A stretch of DNA of 64,000 nt from an uncultured virus (IMG/VR IMGVR_UViG_3300022921_000005). Its lineage: Duplodnaviria; Heunggongvirae; Uroviricota; Caudoviricetes. This document shows, piece by piece, positions 10,079 through 19,673 of the stretch. Location of the stretch: IMG/VR virus record IMGVR_UViG_3300022921_000005. One strand, written 5' to 3'. Positions within the stretch are counted from its first letter, which is position 1, and the number at the start of each line of letters is the position of its first letter. The notes beneath the pieces are model-generated. The model saw only the letters and a program-made list of their open reading frames with translations, made no database searches and was not told where the DNA came from. The position numbers and the translations under genes are program-made.

Positions 10079-10148
10079 TATCTACCTAAAGAGTAAACCC
10101 CACGTGGTGCGCATACTTTGTAAGTAGAGGCGTGTGGGGTATTATTGA

Positions 10149-10736
10149 TTAAGCAACAGTCAATTCAGCGGCTGAAGATGTTACACTATCTGCGCCCGTT
10201 GCAGTCATCACTACTCGGAACTGATTCGCAGTTACGTATTCAGCGTCAGTAGATATTACTGTCAACGTAGCACTAGTGCCGTCTGCATCAACTGTACTTG
10301 CCCAGGTGCTACCACTATCAGTAGAAACTTGCCACTGATAGCTGATTGTTCCGCCTGTTGGAACTGTAGCTGCCGTCACTGTGAATACTGCGTCTGCGGG
10401 AGATGTTACTGAAACTGCCGCTGGCTGTGAAGACACTACAATATTCAGATCAGGGAATGCTACGTCTTCAGCGTCAGTTGAAATGCCGCCTTGACTTGAC
10501 ATTGCCACCAATGTTTCGTGTGTCACTCGACCAGCGCGACCGCCAGAACCAGTTACTTTGCGTACCCAACCAGGAGCAACAGAACCTTTTCCATCGCTTC
10601 TAGCCGCCCGTGATTCATTTTCATCAACACCAAAGACAACAGTACCGAAGTCTTGTGAACCAGTGTTACCGTTAGCGGCAGTCGTGGTATATTTAGGTGC
10701 TGACCCCGAAGCGTCTGTTAAACCCCATAGTGCCAT
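10149..10736 (-). CDS. Hoc-like capsid decoration protein with Ig-like domain
   Basis: C-terminal Ig fold (QP...FTV.A...SYQWQ...ATLT...FRV); TATAAATA at 10851-10858 upstream. Confidence 0.65.
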   Translation of the reverse strand: MALWGLTDASGSAPKYTTTAANGNTGSQDFGTVVFGVDENESRAARSDGKGSVAPGWVRKVTGSGGRAGRVTHETLVAMSSQGGISTDAEDVAFPDLNIVVSSQPAAVSVTSPADAVFTVTAATVPTGGTISYQWQVSTDSGSTWASTVDADGTSATLTVISTDAEYVTANQFRVVMTATGADSVTSSAAELTVA

Positions 10737-10737
10737 T

Positions 10738-11049
10738 TTAGTTATCCTCTTCTATGATTAACATGTCTAGTAAATATTTTGATTTTTTACTAATCTCTTT
10801 TGGTTTACCATTAACCACGAGATAAGTTTTTTTAGAATCAAATTCTCTTGTATTTATATCATTACTGATCTTTGGTTTTTCAACAGGCGCTGGTGTTTCC
10901 ACTTCTTGTCTGACCTGTTTCTTTAAATCAGCAAAAGATTTTTTCTTACTGATCTTAGGTCCGTCTTCACTCTTTTCAGAACCAGCAGTCACAGGCGGCA
11001 AGTTTGCTACCTGTTTAGCCTTTTTCTTTAAATCAGCAAACGATGACAT
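10738..11049 (-). CDS. Lys-rich hypothetical protein with duplicated SFADLKK motif
   Basis: SFADLKK occurs twice. Confidence 0.6.
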   Translation of the reverse strand: MSSFADLKKKAKQVANLPPVTAGSEKSEDGPKISKKKSFADLKKQVRQEVETPAPVEKPKISNDINTREFDSKKTYLVVNGKPKEISKKSKYLLDMLIIEEDN

Positions 11050-11058
11050 TCTAGTTTC

Positions 11059-13281
11059 CTATTTCTTTTTTGCTCTAATTTTAGCAAGGTCTTCGCCGTC
11101 AATGTCGTTATCATCGTCAACGTCCATGTGCTTTAACTGAGCAGGTGATAGTTTCTTTTTCTCAGAAATATAATCACTGAACGATAGGAAAGATTCCTTC
11201 TTCATTTTCTTATGACTACCATGACCTTCTTGCATCAATACTGTTACACTCTCATCATCAACGTGTACAGTTTCAATGCCATGTTCGAACATTACTTTGT
11301 ACCAAGAGACATGACCGTTCTCATCTGGTACAGCGTGTTCGCCAGTCAGTGGAGTGCCTTCGTTCCACTCGTTGTGCATGATCTTTGTCGCGCACATATG
11401 TTGATCGCCTTCAAGTGAACCCTTCTCAACTCCGTCCACTTTTGCTTCATCTACTTTTTTCATAGGTAGCCCCTTATGTTTAGTTTTTGCGAAATCCTCT
11501 AAATCTTTTTCGGACATCGACTTCGCAAGTTTCTTAACTTCATCGGAAGCATTATCCATTTCACCGCGCTTATATGCAAGCGCCATGCCCATCATTTTCT
11601 GTTGTGCTTGTGATACAGACTTTTCAGACAGTTCAACTGACTCTGCAACACCAGAGACCATGCGAGCAAACTTCAACTTAGCTCCGCGCGTTTCGAATTT
11701 AACTTCATCGATATCGCCTGAAGATGATTCTTGTGTGAGATAGTAAACCATGCCTTTGCTGAGATTGACTTTAATCAGCGGGAAGATATCACCAGAAACT
11801 GTTGAGCGAGTAGCATAGCGGAACACTTGCTCGCCTGCTTTAATGTTAGCACCTTTAAGGTCTTTCTTGTCTGCAGGCTTTAGATGAAACAGAACCATTG
11901 CTTTGATGGGAGAATCTCCAATGACACCAGCGTCTTTATAGCCTTTTCTTCGACCATAGCTGATTGCTTTGTCTTCGCCAGAGTCATTGATTGTTTTTAC
12001 ATTAACGACTTCGTATTTCTCTGAAAGTTGGACTTCTTCCATATGTGCTTGGGCACGAGTCAACGACTTCTGGTTCTTTTTCGCTTTCATATGACGATTC
12101 ATAGCGGCAACCATATCAGCACGAGACGTTGCTTTGCTCATCTTTCCACGTTGCTTAGAAGCAATATTTTTTTGACGCCGAATCTCTGCATTATAATTCT
12201 TTGCTTCATCTGTCTGCTCGACTGATTCGAAAAGTTCTGGAAATTCATCTTCAATTTCATCTTTACGCCATTCTAAAGTATCTTTGTCCATCAAGAACTT
12301 AACAATGTTCTTTTTATCACCAGTGATTTGATAATCTCTACCTTTGTCAACTACCTTGACACGATGTTTTCTTTGAACCTTTTTGGCTCGTGCTGGTTCA
12401 TCATCAAAGTAAGGAATATCTACTCTGATAGAGGTAGCTTCAGTAACCTGCTCGACTTCTTCTTTCATGCCTTTAATATAGTTCAACGTTTCTTTCTTTG
12501 CGAGAGGCATTGACTTAAATGTTTTCCACTCTTTGCCGTCAATATAGACAACAATAGGATCAGTCATTTTAGGACCACGGCGCTTATATGTGTGCTTTGT
12601 GCCTTTGTAATCAAGACCAGTCAGAAAATATTCCTTTGCTTCTTTCACTTCAGTTTCCTCTTTTGGTACACAGTTAGGCACTTCTTTGCCGTTCTTCTTT
12701 TTCTTGCCGATCATTTCATATCCATCCCAGCAAGGATCTTCACCCTTCATTTTCTTCGCTTCGTCCATATCTTCTTTGCCCGCGGCGCGGCCCCTATAAT
12801 CTGCTTTAACTTTGCTGTCAGGCGTTCGCTCGACATCTTTAATCATCGCTGGTTTTTTCAACAACGAGCGGAGTGCTTTCTTGACTTTACCAGGAGAGTC
12901 GCTGTCCATATAGAAACGTGGTAGACCTTCGATGTCTACACTGAACTTCGCTTCGTCAATTTCTTTTTCTTTTTTCTCGCCTGGAGTTTTTTCTTTGGCA
13001 AATTTTCTGCTTGCATCTGTTCCCCATTCATGTTTCTGAGGCGAGTATGTTTCCTCTTTAATGCCAAACAGTTTCATTGTCTGATCTGGACCCATGACCT
13101 CAGCGAACGCGGCAACAACATCATCATTCTTTTTATATGATGATACTTTTGGCATTTTGCCTTTCTCTAAATCTTTAACGAGACCATCTAACTTACGATT
13201 TTTACGTGCCATAGGTGCAAGAACCTTAGCAACTTTCTTCAGTTGAATAGTCTGCACAGCCTCTTCGATATTGAATGTCAT
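11059..13281 (-). CDS. putative internal head polyprotein, 740 aa
   Basis: About 12 (I/V/L/M)xE sites separating modules; DUF3008-like module (QAQQKMMGMALAYKRGE...FAKTKHKGLP); DPCWDGY...PNCVP module; terminal DxDxD loop. Confidence 0.65.
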   Translation of the reverse strand: MTFNIEEAVQTIQLKKVAKVLAPMARKNRKLDGLVKDLEKGKMPKVSSYKKNDDVVAAFAEVMGPDQTMKLFGIKEETYSPQKHEWGTDASRKFAKEKTPGEKKEKEIDEAKFSVDIEGLPRFYMDSDSPGKVKKALRSLLKKPAMIKDVERTPDSKVKADYRGRAAGKEDMDEAKKMKGEDPCWDGYEMIGKKKKNGKEVPNCVPKEETEVKEAKEYFLTGLDYKGTKHTYKRRGPKMTDPIVVYIDGKEWKTFKSMPLAKKETLNYIKGMKEEVEQVTEATSIRVDIPYFDDEPARAKKVQRKHRVKVVDKGRDYQITGDKKNIVKFLMDKDTLEWRKDEIEDEFPELFESVEQTDEAKNYNAEIRRQKNIASKQRGKMSKATSRADMVAAMNRHMKAKKNQKSLTRAQAHMEEVQLSEKYEVVNVKTINDSGEDKAISYGRRKGYKDAGVIGDSPIKAMVLFHLKPADKKDLKGANIKAGEQVFRYATRSTVSGDIFPLIKVNLSKGMVYYLTQESSSGDIDEVKFETRGAKLKFARMVSGVAESVELSEKSVSQAQQKMMGMALAYKRGEMDNASDEVKKLAKSMSEKDLEDFAKTKHKGLPMKKVDEAKVDGVEKGSLEGDQHMCATKIMHNEWNEGTPLTGEHAVPDENGHVSWYKVMFEHGIETVHVDDESVTVLMQEGHGSHKKMKKESFLSFSDYISEKKKLSPAQLKHMDVDDDNDIDGEDLAKIRAKKK

Positions 13282-13292
13282 GTTAGTCCTTC

Positions 13293-13574
13293 TTATTCTT
13301 CTGGTTGTTCAGGTTCAGAAACTTCTGGCATCTCTTCTGCCGATGCTTCTACTTCAGCAGTACCGCTAGAACCAGGAATAATTGTTTCTGGATCAACGTC
13401 TTGCGCTCCTGAGTCTCTTTCAGCATCAACTGCCACTTCATCTGGAGTAGCGGCAGGTATTGTGCTGTATTTACTGTATTTCGCTTCTACATCATTTTGA
13501 TAGAGATTCTGATTTTTCATCATGATATCTCTAACTGCGCTCATCAAACTTGCTGGTGTATCTTTCAAATCCAT
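13293..13574 (-). CDS. acidic hypothetical protein (possible head core protein)
   Basis: Acidic, Pro-rich ORF within late block. Confidence 0.5.
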   Translation of the reverse strand: MDLKDTPASLMSAVRDIMMKNQNLYQNDVEAKYSKYSTIPAATPDEVAVDAERDSGAQDVDPETIIPGSSGTAEVEASAEEMPEVSEPEQPEE

Positions 13575-13585
13575 GATATTCTCCC

Positions 13586-14071
13586 TTACTTGGTCATCAT
13601 CTTTTTAATTTTTTGCATGAGACTAGGCTTTTGTTGAATTAAGTCCTGTCTCCATGCTAAATGCTTTGGTAGTTTTCCATCGCGAATCATTTGATGGAAA
13701 ATCAATTCTAAATTTCTATAATCTGCGCCTGTCATCTGTGCAACTCTAACTGCGTTTTGCTTCGCTTTACCTGGATTCGCTTTACGATAGTCTAGATAGT
13801 AACGAATAGCTTTCTTATATGCATTTTTATTTGCAACACGATTGATCAATCGATCAAGATCAGGTTGCATTGTAATTTCTCTTACTTCTTCGGCGACGGC
13901 TTTAGGCTTAGTACTCATCGCTTTTTCTTTTGCGTCAGCCACTTTCGCACGATCCATGATTCGATCAAACTTATTAGCGTCACTTCTGCGCTCGCGTTTG
14001 ATACGTTCTTTGGCCGCTTTCTCGTGAGAGCCTTCGTTTTTTTCTTCTGTGAAATTATTAAATGATTTCAT
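13586..14071 (-). CDS. putative internal head protein
   Basis: N-terminus MKSFNNFTEE resembles T4 capsid-targeting sequence MKTYQEFIAE. Confidence 0.55.
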   Translation of the reverse strand: MKSFNNFTEEKNEGSHEKAAKERIKRERRSDANKFDRIMDRAKVADAKEKAMSTKPKAVAEEVREITMQPDLDRLINRVANKNAYKKAIRYYLDYRKANPGKAKQNAVRVAQMTGADYRNLELIFHQMIRDGKLPKHLAWRQDLIQQKPSLMQKIKKMMTK

Positions 14072-14343
14072 TTCTCTACTATCTTTAAGATTAAACCTGT
14101 TTCGGCTTCTTCTTTAATCAGCCTGTGATATTCCATTTTCGAGATATTTATCGTATCACCTGTATTCAATTCGATCGGCATTTTATTTTCGTATTGAAAT
14201 TTCCAACCATACCCAGCGACAACATAGAGTTCTCTATCTTTATGATCTCTATGCCATACGTATTCTTCGTCCTCTTCATCTAGATGAAATTGTCGATAAA
14301 AACTATTATCATTAATTATTGTATCTTTGTATACTTTAGACAT
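14068..14343 (-). CDS. small cupin-like protein
   Basis: WHRD...GD.I.I...YHRLIK cupin-like spacing. Confidence 0.5.
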   Translation of the reverse strand: MSKVYKDTIINDNSFYRQFHLDEEDEEYVWHRDHKDRELYVVAGYGWKFQYENKMPIELNTGDTINISKMEYHRLIKEEAETGLILKIVEK

Positions 14344-14349
14344 GTTAAA

Positions 14350-16107
14350 TTACCAGAAGAAATTGCCACCACCTGACATACCTAGTGATTTCGCATAACG
14401 AGGCAATCTACATGCCCAATAAGCCGCGGAAGTTTTGTCAGTTTGAGTTGAACACTTGTGTCTAGCGGCAAATGACTTTCTTGCTTCAGGATTATCAATC
14501 TTTGCTTTGAGACCAGTAGTGTCGCCGAATGTTACTTTTTTGATGTTGCCTGTGCTTGGATCTTTTACATAAACATAAAACTTTTTAGGACCACCACGTT
14601 TTGGTTTATTGAGTTCTTTACTCTCTTCACCTTCTTTCTCTTCTTCGATCATAGGACAATCGAGTGGTACCCATTCTTCATTATATTGTGCAAATTCACC
14701 GATGTCAGTATTTAAAATACTTTTATCATAGTCTGCAAATTCAAGTCCAGATTTTCGTGCTTCATTAAATAATTTAAAATAATTAACACTGCCAACACGG
14801 AACACATTTTCTATTAGCGGCACTTCATTGTCTTTGTGATATTCAAGTGCTTCTTCGATCTGTGTTCTTTGATGATTTGCTAATGCAACATTCAGTGTTT
14901 GGAATACGTCTTTTTCTTCTGATATCTCATTCTTGAGATGTACATATTCTTTTTTGATTTCGTTGAGAGAGAGTCCATAACGCTCACTCTTTTTAATTAG
15001 ATTTTTTTCAACTGATTCTGTAATGTTTTCCATGTCAATCTGTGTGAGCATTTCATTGATTATTTCAAGATATTCGAAATCTTGCTCAATGGAGTTCTTC
15101 AGATTTTTTCTTTGTTGAAAACTACGAAGTCTATCTTTCTCTGCCGATCTTACTTTCGGCAATAGCCGTTTTGCAATTTTTGTAATTGCGTCTTTTTTCT
15201 TTTCAAGTCTTCTATCGATTGCAATCTTAGATGAAGTTGACAGCGATTTATAATCTTTGCCTTGTGCGCCCATCATTCTCTTACGAAGAAGTTCTCTAGC
15301 TTTTCTCTTTGATCGGACCTTTAATTTATCATTCGATGCAAGTCTGCGCATGGCTCTCATTCTACCACGCTTGATCTTTGACTTGATTCTGCGCATTGCT
15401 ATCTTCTTGCGCATACGCTGTTGAATATTCAATACTTCTTGCAATGAAAGGTCTTCAGTAATACCCATTTGTGTACGAACAATTTCGTACATCTCTTTCG
15501 CGTCTCTATCCGTTAGCTTACGTGGAAGTCCACTCTTAAATTCTTTGTATTTGCCTGCGACTGCTAATGCTCTTAACTTAGATGCGCTCATTCCTGATAC
15601 GTCATCGGCATCTGGATCACGCTCACCAGCACTTACTATTTCGATGCTGTTGAATGTGTAATCTTTGCCGTTGTAATCGTTTAACAGTTTTTTGAACGCG
15701 GAGACTCTATCACTGCCCACAACAACCACAACATCTTTGAATTTGTTGTCGAGTGTTTTGAGGACTTCGATGATAGTTCTAGCAGGAGACTTTACGACAA
15801 TGTTGCCGAACGCTTTCTTTGCGAACTTGACCTTCTGGTCGTATGATAGTGGATTCTTTTTCTTGTCTTGCGAGTGTGATACGTATAGCTGTGGAGTTGC
15901 TTTACGTGATTTGGCTTCTTTGTTGATCTTGTCTACTAACTTTTGGTGTCCCGATGTGATCGGATTCATTCGACCAAAAGATAGAACCACGACAGACCCA
16001 CGCTCTTCGGATAGTTCATTTAGCTCATCAACAAGAGAATTTTCCGCCGCCGCGGTTCGCCCGATTCCCTCATCATTATTGCTAGGAGTGTTTTCTTCTT
16101 TTTTCAT
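14350..16107 (-). CDS. HxGH-type nucleotidyltransferase (cytidylyltransferase superfamily) with C-terminal extra modules
   Basis: FGRMNPITSGH, NPL, VGSDR, GMSASKLR; then Arg/Lys-rich segment and ARHKC...YWAC module. Confidence 0.85.
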   Translation of the reverse strand: MKKEENTPSNNDEGIGRTAAAENSLVDELNELSEERGSVVVLSFGRMNPITSGHQKLVDKINKEAKSRKATPQLYVSHSQDKKKNPLSYDQKVKFAKKAFGNIVVKSPARTIIEVLKTLDNKFKDVVVVVGSDRVSAFKKLLNDYNGKDYTFNSIEIVSAGERDPDADDVSGMSASKLRALAVAGKYKEFKSGLPRKLTDRDAKEMYEIVRTQMGITEDLSLQEVLNIQQRMRKKIAMRRIKSKIKRGRMRAMRRLASNDKLKVRSKRKARELLRKRMMGAQGKDYKSLSTSSKIAIDRRLEKKKDAITKIAKRLLPKVRSAEKDRLRSFQQRKNLKNSIEQDFEYLEIINEMLTQIDMENITESVEKNLIKKSERYGLSLNEIKKEYVHLKNEISEEKDVFQTLNVALANHQRTQIEEALEYHKDNEVPLIENVFRVGSVNYFKLFNEARKSGLEFADYDKSILNTDIGEFAQYNEEWVPLDCPMIEEEKEGEESKELNKPKRGGPKKFYVYVKDPSTGNIKKVTFGDTTGLKAKIDNPEARKSFAARHKCSTQTDKTSAAYWACRLPRYAKSLGMSGGGNFFW

Positions 16108-16183
16108 ATGGAGATTGCCTTAGCCTTATCCTTTGAGCGCAGGTCTGCCGTAGCCTAAACTGCACATTAATGGTTTAACGTTA

Positions 16184-16191
16184 TATTTATA
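16184..16191 (-). promoter_or_regulatory. late promoter TATAAATA
   Basis: Exact consensus upstream of nucleotidyltransferase leader. Confidence 0.75.
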
Positions 16192-16196
16192 AAATT

Positions 16197-17045
16197 TTAC
16201 GGTGCAACCTTGTGTTGCATGTATTCTTCATGTGTTGTTATCATCTTGTAACCAAGCCGTCTGAATACTGGCGTGGTCAACACTTCATTATATTTCTGTA
16301 TTTGTTTCCAACTAAACTTTCTAATTTCTATCTTAGTGTATTTAGCGTGCCTCGTAGAGTCCCACTTAGCAGACTGTGAAACTCTATCTGGTATTAATAG
16401 CTCTTTTTTTAAAGGAAAATTGAATTGCTCAGATATTTCATCCATATGCCTCTGAGTATCTTCCTTCGACTGTATCAACTGCTCATACATTATTCTTTTA
16501 TGATTCAGTGCTGGTTTACGTTTGAATACGCTGAACCAATACAATGTATGCTCTCTATATAGTTCACACAACCGCAATGTATTTAGTGCTTGATTTTTAT
16601 CATTGAAAAAGACAAACTCATTGTCTTGATCTTCGCGTCTTGCACTAATCCATTTATATGTATTTAGTATATCTACGGATTTATTCGTAACACTCTCAAG
16701 CCACGAGTAAGGATGCTTGTGTATCCAAATGTAATTTTTAGATGTGATCGCAGGATTATCCACGTCCAATAGTTTGCTACCAGCTGGCGCTCGTGTCGAG
16801 TCCGTTTGCTGTCTTTCTATCTCAGGTCTATATAAGCCTTTCTCATTCTTCTGTGCAATCTTCAGGTCTTCTGGATCAACATCATAAGCATGTTTCCATA
16901 TACCATTAAGCTGGCGTTGATGCCACATATTAATTATGCCCACTGATCTTTTTTGTTCACAATTATCTTTTAATAATTGTTCAAGAAAATTAGTGCCTGA
17001 TCTCTGTAGTCCAAGAATTTGGAAGTTATGTTCATGCTTCGCCAT
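16197..17045 (-). CDS. sulfotransferase-like protein
   Basis: GLQRSGTNFL PAPS-binding loop, KHPYSW, YEQL. Confidence 0.65.
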   Translation of the reverse strand: MAKHEHNFQILGLQRSGTNFLEQLLKDNCEQKRSVGIINMWHQRQLNGIWKHAYDVDPEDLKIAQKNEKGLYRPEIERQQTDSTRAPAGSKLLDVDNPAITSKNYIWIHKHPYSWLESVTNKSVDILNTYKWISARREDQDNEFVFFNDKNQALNTLRLCELYREHTLYWFSVFKRKPALNHKRIMYEQLIQSKEDTQRHMDEISEQFNFPLKKELLIPDRVSQSAKWDSTRHAKYTKIEIRKFSWKQIQKYNEVLTTPVFRRLGYKMITTHEEYMQHKVAP

Positions 17046-17048
17046 GCA

Positions 17049-18278
17049 CTATCTTTGCCATCCTTTAATTACATCTGGAGAAAAGTTAGCACGAGAGAAT
17101 TCCATGCGATCAATAATTTTAACTGCTCCGTCTGACATGTGATCAATAGCAACAAAGCCTTCTTGATTCGTTACCTTAAATCCTTGCTTTGTTCTCAAGA
17201 ATGTTCCTAGCGCAGTTGCTTGGTTCATCTTGTCTACAATCATTTGTTTCGCATCAACGAGTAAATTCATCAGCATGAATAGATTCTGAAAGTCGGCCGA
17301 GTTGTGTCGTGTGAACACACTCATGACATCTTTTCTTTTCTGTGTCCACTCATCTTTAGACTTCTGTGTTTTCTTTTTGTCGATTTCTTTTTGATAGAAA
17401 CTATGAATGTTATCGAACATGCCTTTCATATGAGTACGTGGATTAATTCGCTTGCCTTGCTTGATCAATGAATTATTGTATGCTTTTACTCTGATCAATA
17501 GTTCATTGTTATCTTTGAAAGCATTCAACAATGACGCTGGTACTTTTCTAAATGTTCTACCAGCATCTGATAGCAGTGATGTGATAGCATCTGTTTCTGC
17601 TTTTGTGAAGGTAGCGTTTCCTGTTTCGTCACGGTATGTCGCATCGGTTTGCCATATAGAACTACTCGCATTGAACTTCGATACTATGCTCTTGCCAAAA
17701 GAAGCAGACATAGATTCAAGACTATTACCGGTATAAGTAGTATGCCAAACCACTCCAATCTTAGCTCTTGCGATTTGTTTGCCAAGACTACTGTTAGTAG
17801 GAATAGCATAAACGATAGTATTAGGTTGGAAAGTATAATAAGATTGCCCATCAATGGTCTCCGTAGCTACATCTCCTTTCGTGAACATTAGATCGCCTTG
17901 ATATACACCAGACTTAATACCTAACTTCGAAAACTCACTCAGTGCTATCAATAGCTTTTTCTGTAAGTCGCCTGACGTATCTGCTTTTACATCAGCAGGA
18001 GTCTTATAAACCTTTGGATTTTTGTTAAAAACGCCTTTCTTCGCGACAAAAAACTTGCCGTCACTTGGATCGATGCCCACAAACACAGCAGGCGCACCAT
18101 CCCATTTCACAGTTCGAGATATCTTGCTTTTATTATGTCCAGCCAGCATGTCTCTAAGATCACGCAGAAAGTTAATTGCTTTTCGTGTGCCATCGACACC
18201 TTCGTTGAAGATCAAATCCTCAACGTGTTCCATATGAGTATTTTTTTGTTCAATAAGAAACTGATTAAAATTTTTCAT
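17049..18278 (-). CDS. ATP-dependent ligase-like covalent nucleotidyltransferase (DUF6267-like) with capsid-targeting-like N-terminus
   Basis: KWDG (motif I), QGDLMF (III), EGFVA (IV), VKIIDR (V); starts MKNFNQFLIE. Confidence 0.65.
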   Translation of the reverse strand: MKNFNQFLIEQKNTHMEHVEDLIFNEGVDGTRKAINFLRDLRDMLAGHNKSKISRTVKWDGAPAVFVGIDPSDGKFFVAKKGVFNKNPKVYKTPADVKADTSGDLQKKLLIALSEFSKLGIKSGVYQGDLMFTKGDVATETIDGQSYYTFQPNTIVYAIPTNSSLGKQIARAKIGVVWHTTYTGNSLESMSASFGKSIVSKFNASSSIWQTDATYRDETGNATFTKAETDAITSLLSDAGRTFRKVPASLLNAFKDNNELLIRVKAYNNSLIKQGKRINPRTHMKGMFDNIHSFYQKEIDKKKTQKSKDEWTQKRKDVMSVFTRHNSADFQNLFMLMNLLVDAKQMIVDKMNQATALGTFLRTKQGFKVTNQEGFVAIDHMSDGAVKIIDRMEFSRANFSPDVIKGWQR

Positions 18279-19645
18279 TAATATTTCAACTCGTAATTTA
18301 CTAGACCTTGTTTAGCATCAATGTCATTGATCGCCGCTTTACTTCCAATGAAAGATGTCTTCGCATTACCAGACAGTAAAAGTTTAAAGTAAACTTCGCC
18401 TTTCTTCCATTTATTTAGGTCTAAATTTGCTTGATAAAAATTCTTGCCTGCAAGGATATTAGCAACGATGTCTTGTGATACAGAATCTTCATTTAGTCTT
18501 CTTGCGATTTCACGATTGAATGCAGAGGTGACTGATAATGGCAGTGCGTCTTTTACATTCTGCGGTATATCTGGATGCTTTGCAATCGCTGATATTACTT
18601 TCAATGTAGGCGCAGAAAAATCTGTCAGATTTCCTTTCAGTGAACCTTGACGTATCTCAGTGTACACTGCATATGGATCATTTACCTGTGACTGCTTCAG
18701 TCCTAAAATCTTTCTCACGCCGTATTCATATACAATGTCTTTTGATCCTTGCTTTGCATCGAGTTTCGCTTTTGTGATATTTGCTTTCTTTGCAGAATCA
18801 ACTAAATCTTTAATCACGCTTGCGGGTAGATTTGTTTTGTTGATTACTTTCGGCAAGAAGTTGGTGAAGATAGACGCTTTAGCGCCTACTCCTGCTTTTG
18901 AAGAAATAGGAACAAGTGTGCCATCGTCCAACATTACAGCAGAGTCAACACCAGAGAAGGAAGGATCATCGGGTACAATAAACTTTTTTGCTTTTCCCTT
19001 GAATGGATTTTGCGATATCAGTGAAGATTTATTCTTGAGTGCGACAGCACCAATGATGATTTCACCGAGATATTTTCCAAGTTCATTTATCTCAGAGTCT
19101 TGAAATGACTTGTCTTGCCAATCGAAGTTTTTCAGTGATGTACTAGCAAACCATTCATCGACAGCATCAACAATATGATTGCCGACTTTATTCGAACTTT
19201 TCATGTAAGATATAACAGATGTTCTAAGTGTTTTGAGGTCGCTGAAAGTTTTACACGATACACCTTCTTGACCATTGATTGTCAATTTTTCGGAAGTGCC
19301 TTTCAGGATTAAATTGCTTGCTTGAATGCCTAGGTTCTCAGTCGCGCCCTTTGCGCCAGAGTATTGCATACCAAGTTTGCCAGCATTGATATTGGAACTA
19401 GACGAAACGGAAGTAGCATAATAGACTACACCCGCTTTCTTATTGCCAGTCTTTTCTTTAAAATAAAAGATAGCACCAGTTTTCTTCTTAGTGCCAATCT
19501 CATCAATGATCTTGTCAACATTTCCGACCAATGTCATGACATCTCTACTGAACTCGAATCCCGTATAGATGTATTCTTTATTGGTCTTTAAATGCTTAAT
19601 AGCCTTACCGACATGTGCAGTAGGATGTGTTAGACCTCTGGCCAT
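18278..19645 (-). CDS. hypothetical late protein, possible PD-(D/E)xK-fold nuclease
   Basis: LGE helix, then P...VDS...ISSK pattern; first gene after late promoter. Confidence 0.45.
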   Translation of the reverse strand: MARGLTHPTAHVGKAIKHLKTNKEYIYTGFEFSRDVMTLVGNVDKIIDEIGTKKKTGAIFYFKEKTGNKKAGVVYYATSVSSSSNINAGKLGMQYSGAKGATENLGIQASNLILKGTSEKLTINGQEGVSCKTFSDLKTLRTSVISYMKSSNKVGNHIVDAVDEWFASTSLKNFDWQDKSFQDSEINELGKYLGEIIIGAVALKNKSSLISQNPFKGKAKKFIVPDDPSFSGVDSAVMLDDGTLVPISSKAGVGAKASIFTNFLPKVINKTNLPASVIKDLVDSAKKANITKAKLDAKQGSKDIVYEYGVRKILGLKQSQVNDPYAVYTEIRQGSLKGNLTDFSAPTLKVISAIAKHPDIPQNVKDALPLSVTSAFNREIARRLNEDSVSQDIVANILAGKNFYQANLDLNKWKKGEVYFKLLLSGNAKTSFIGSKAAINDIDAKQGLVNYELKY

Positions 19646-19673
19646 GTTAATACTCCGAATTAAGTTATCGAAG

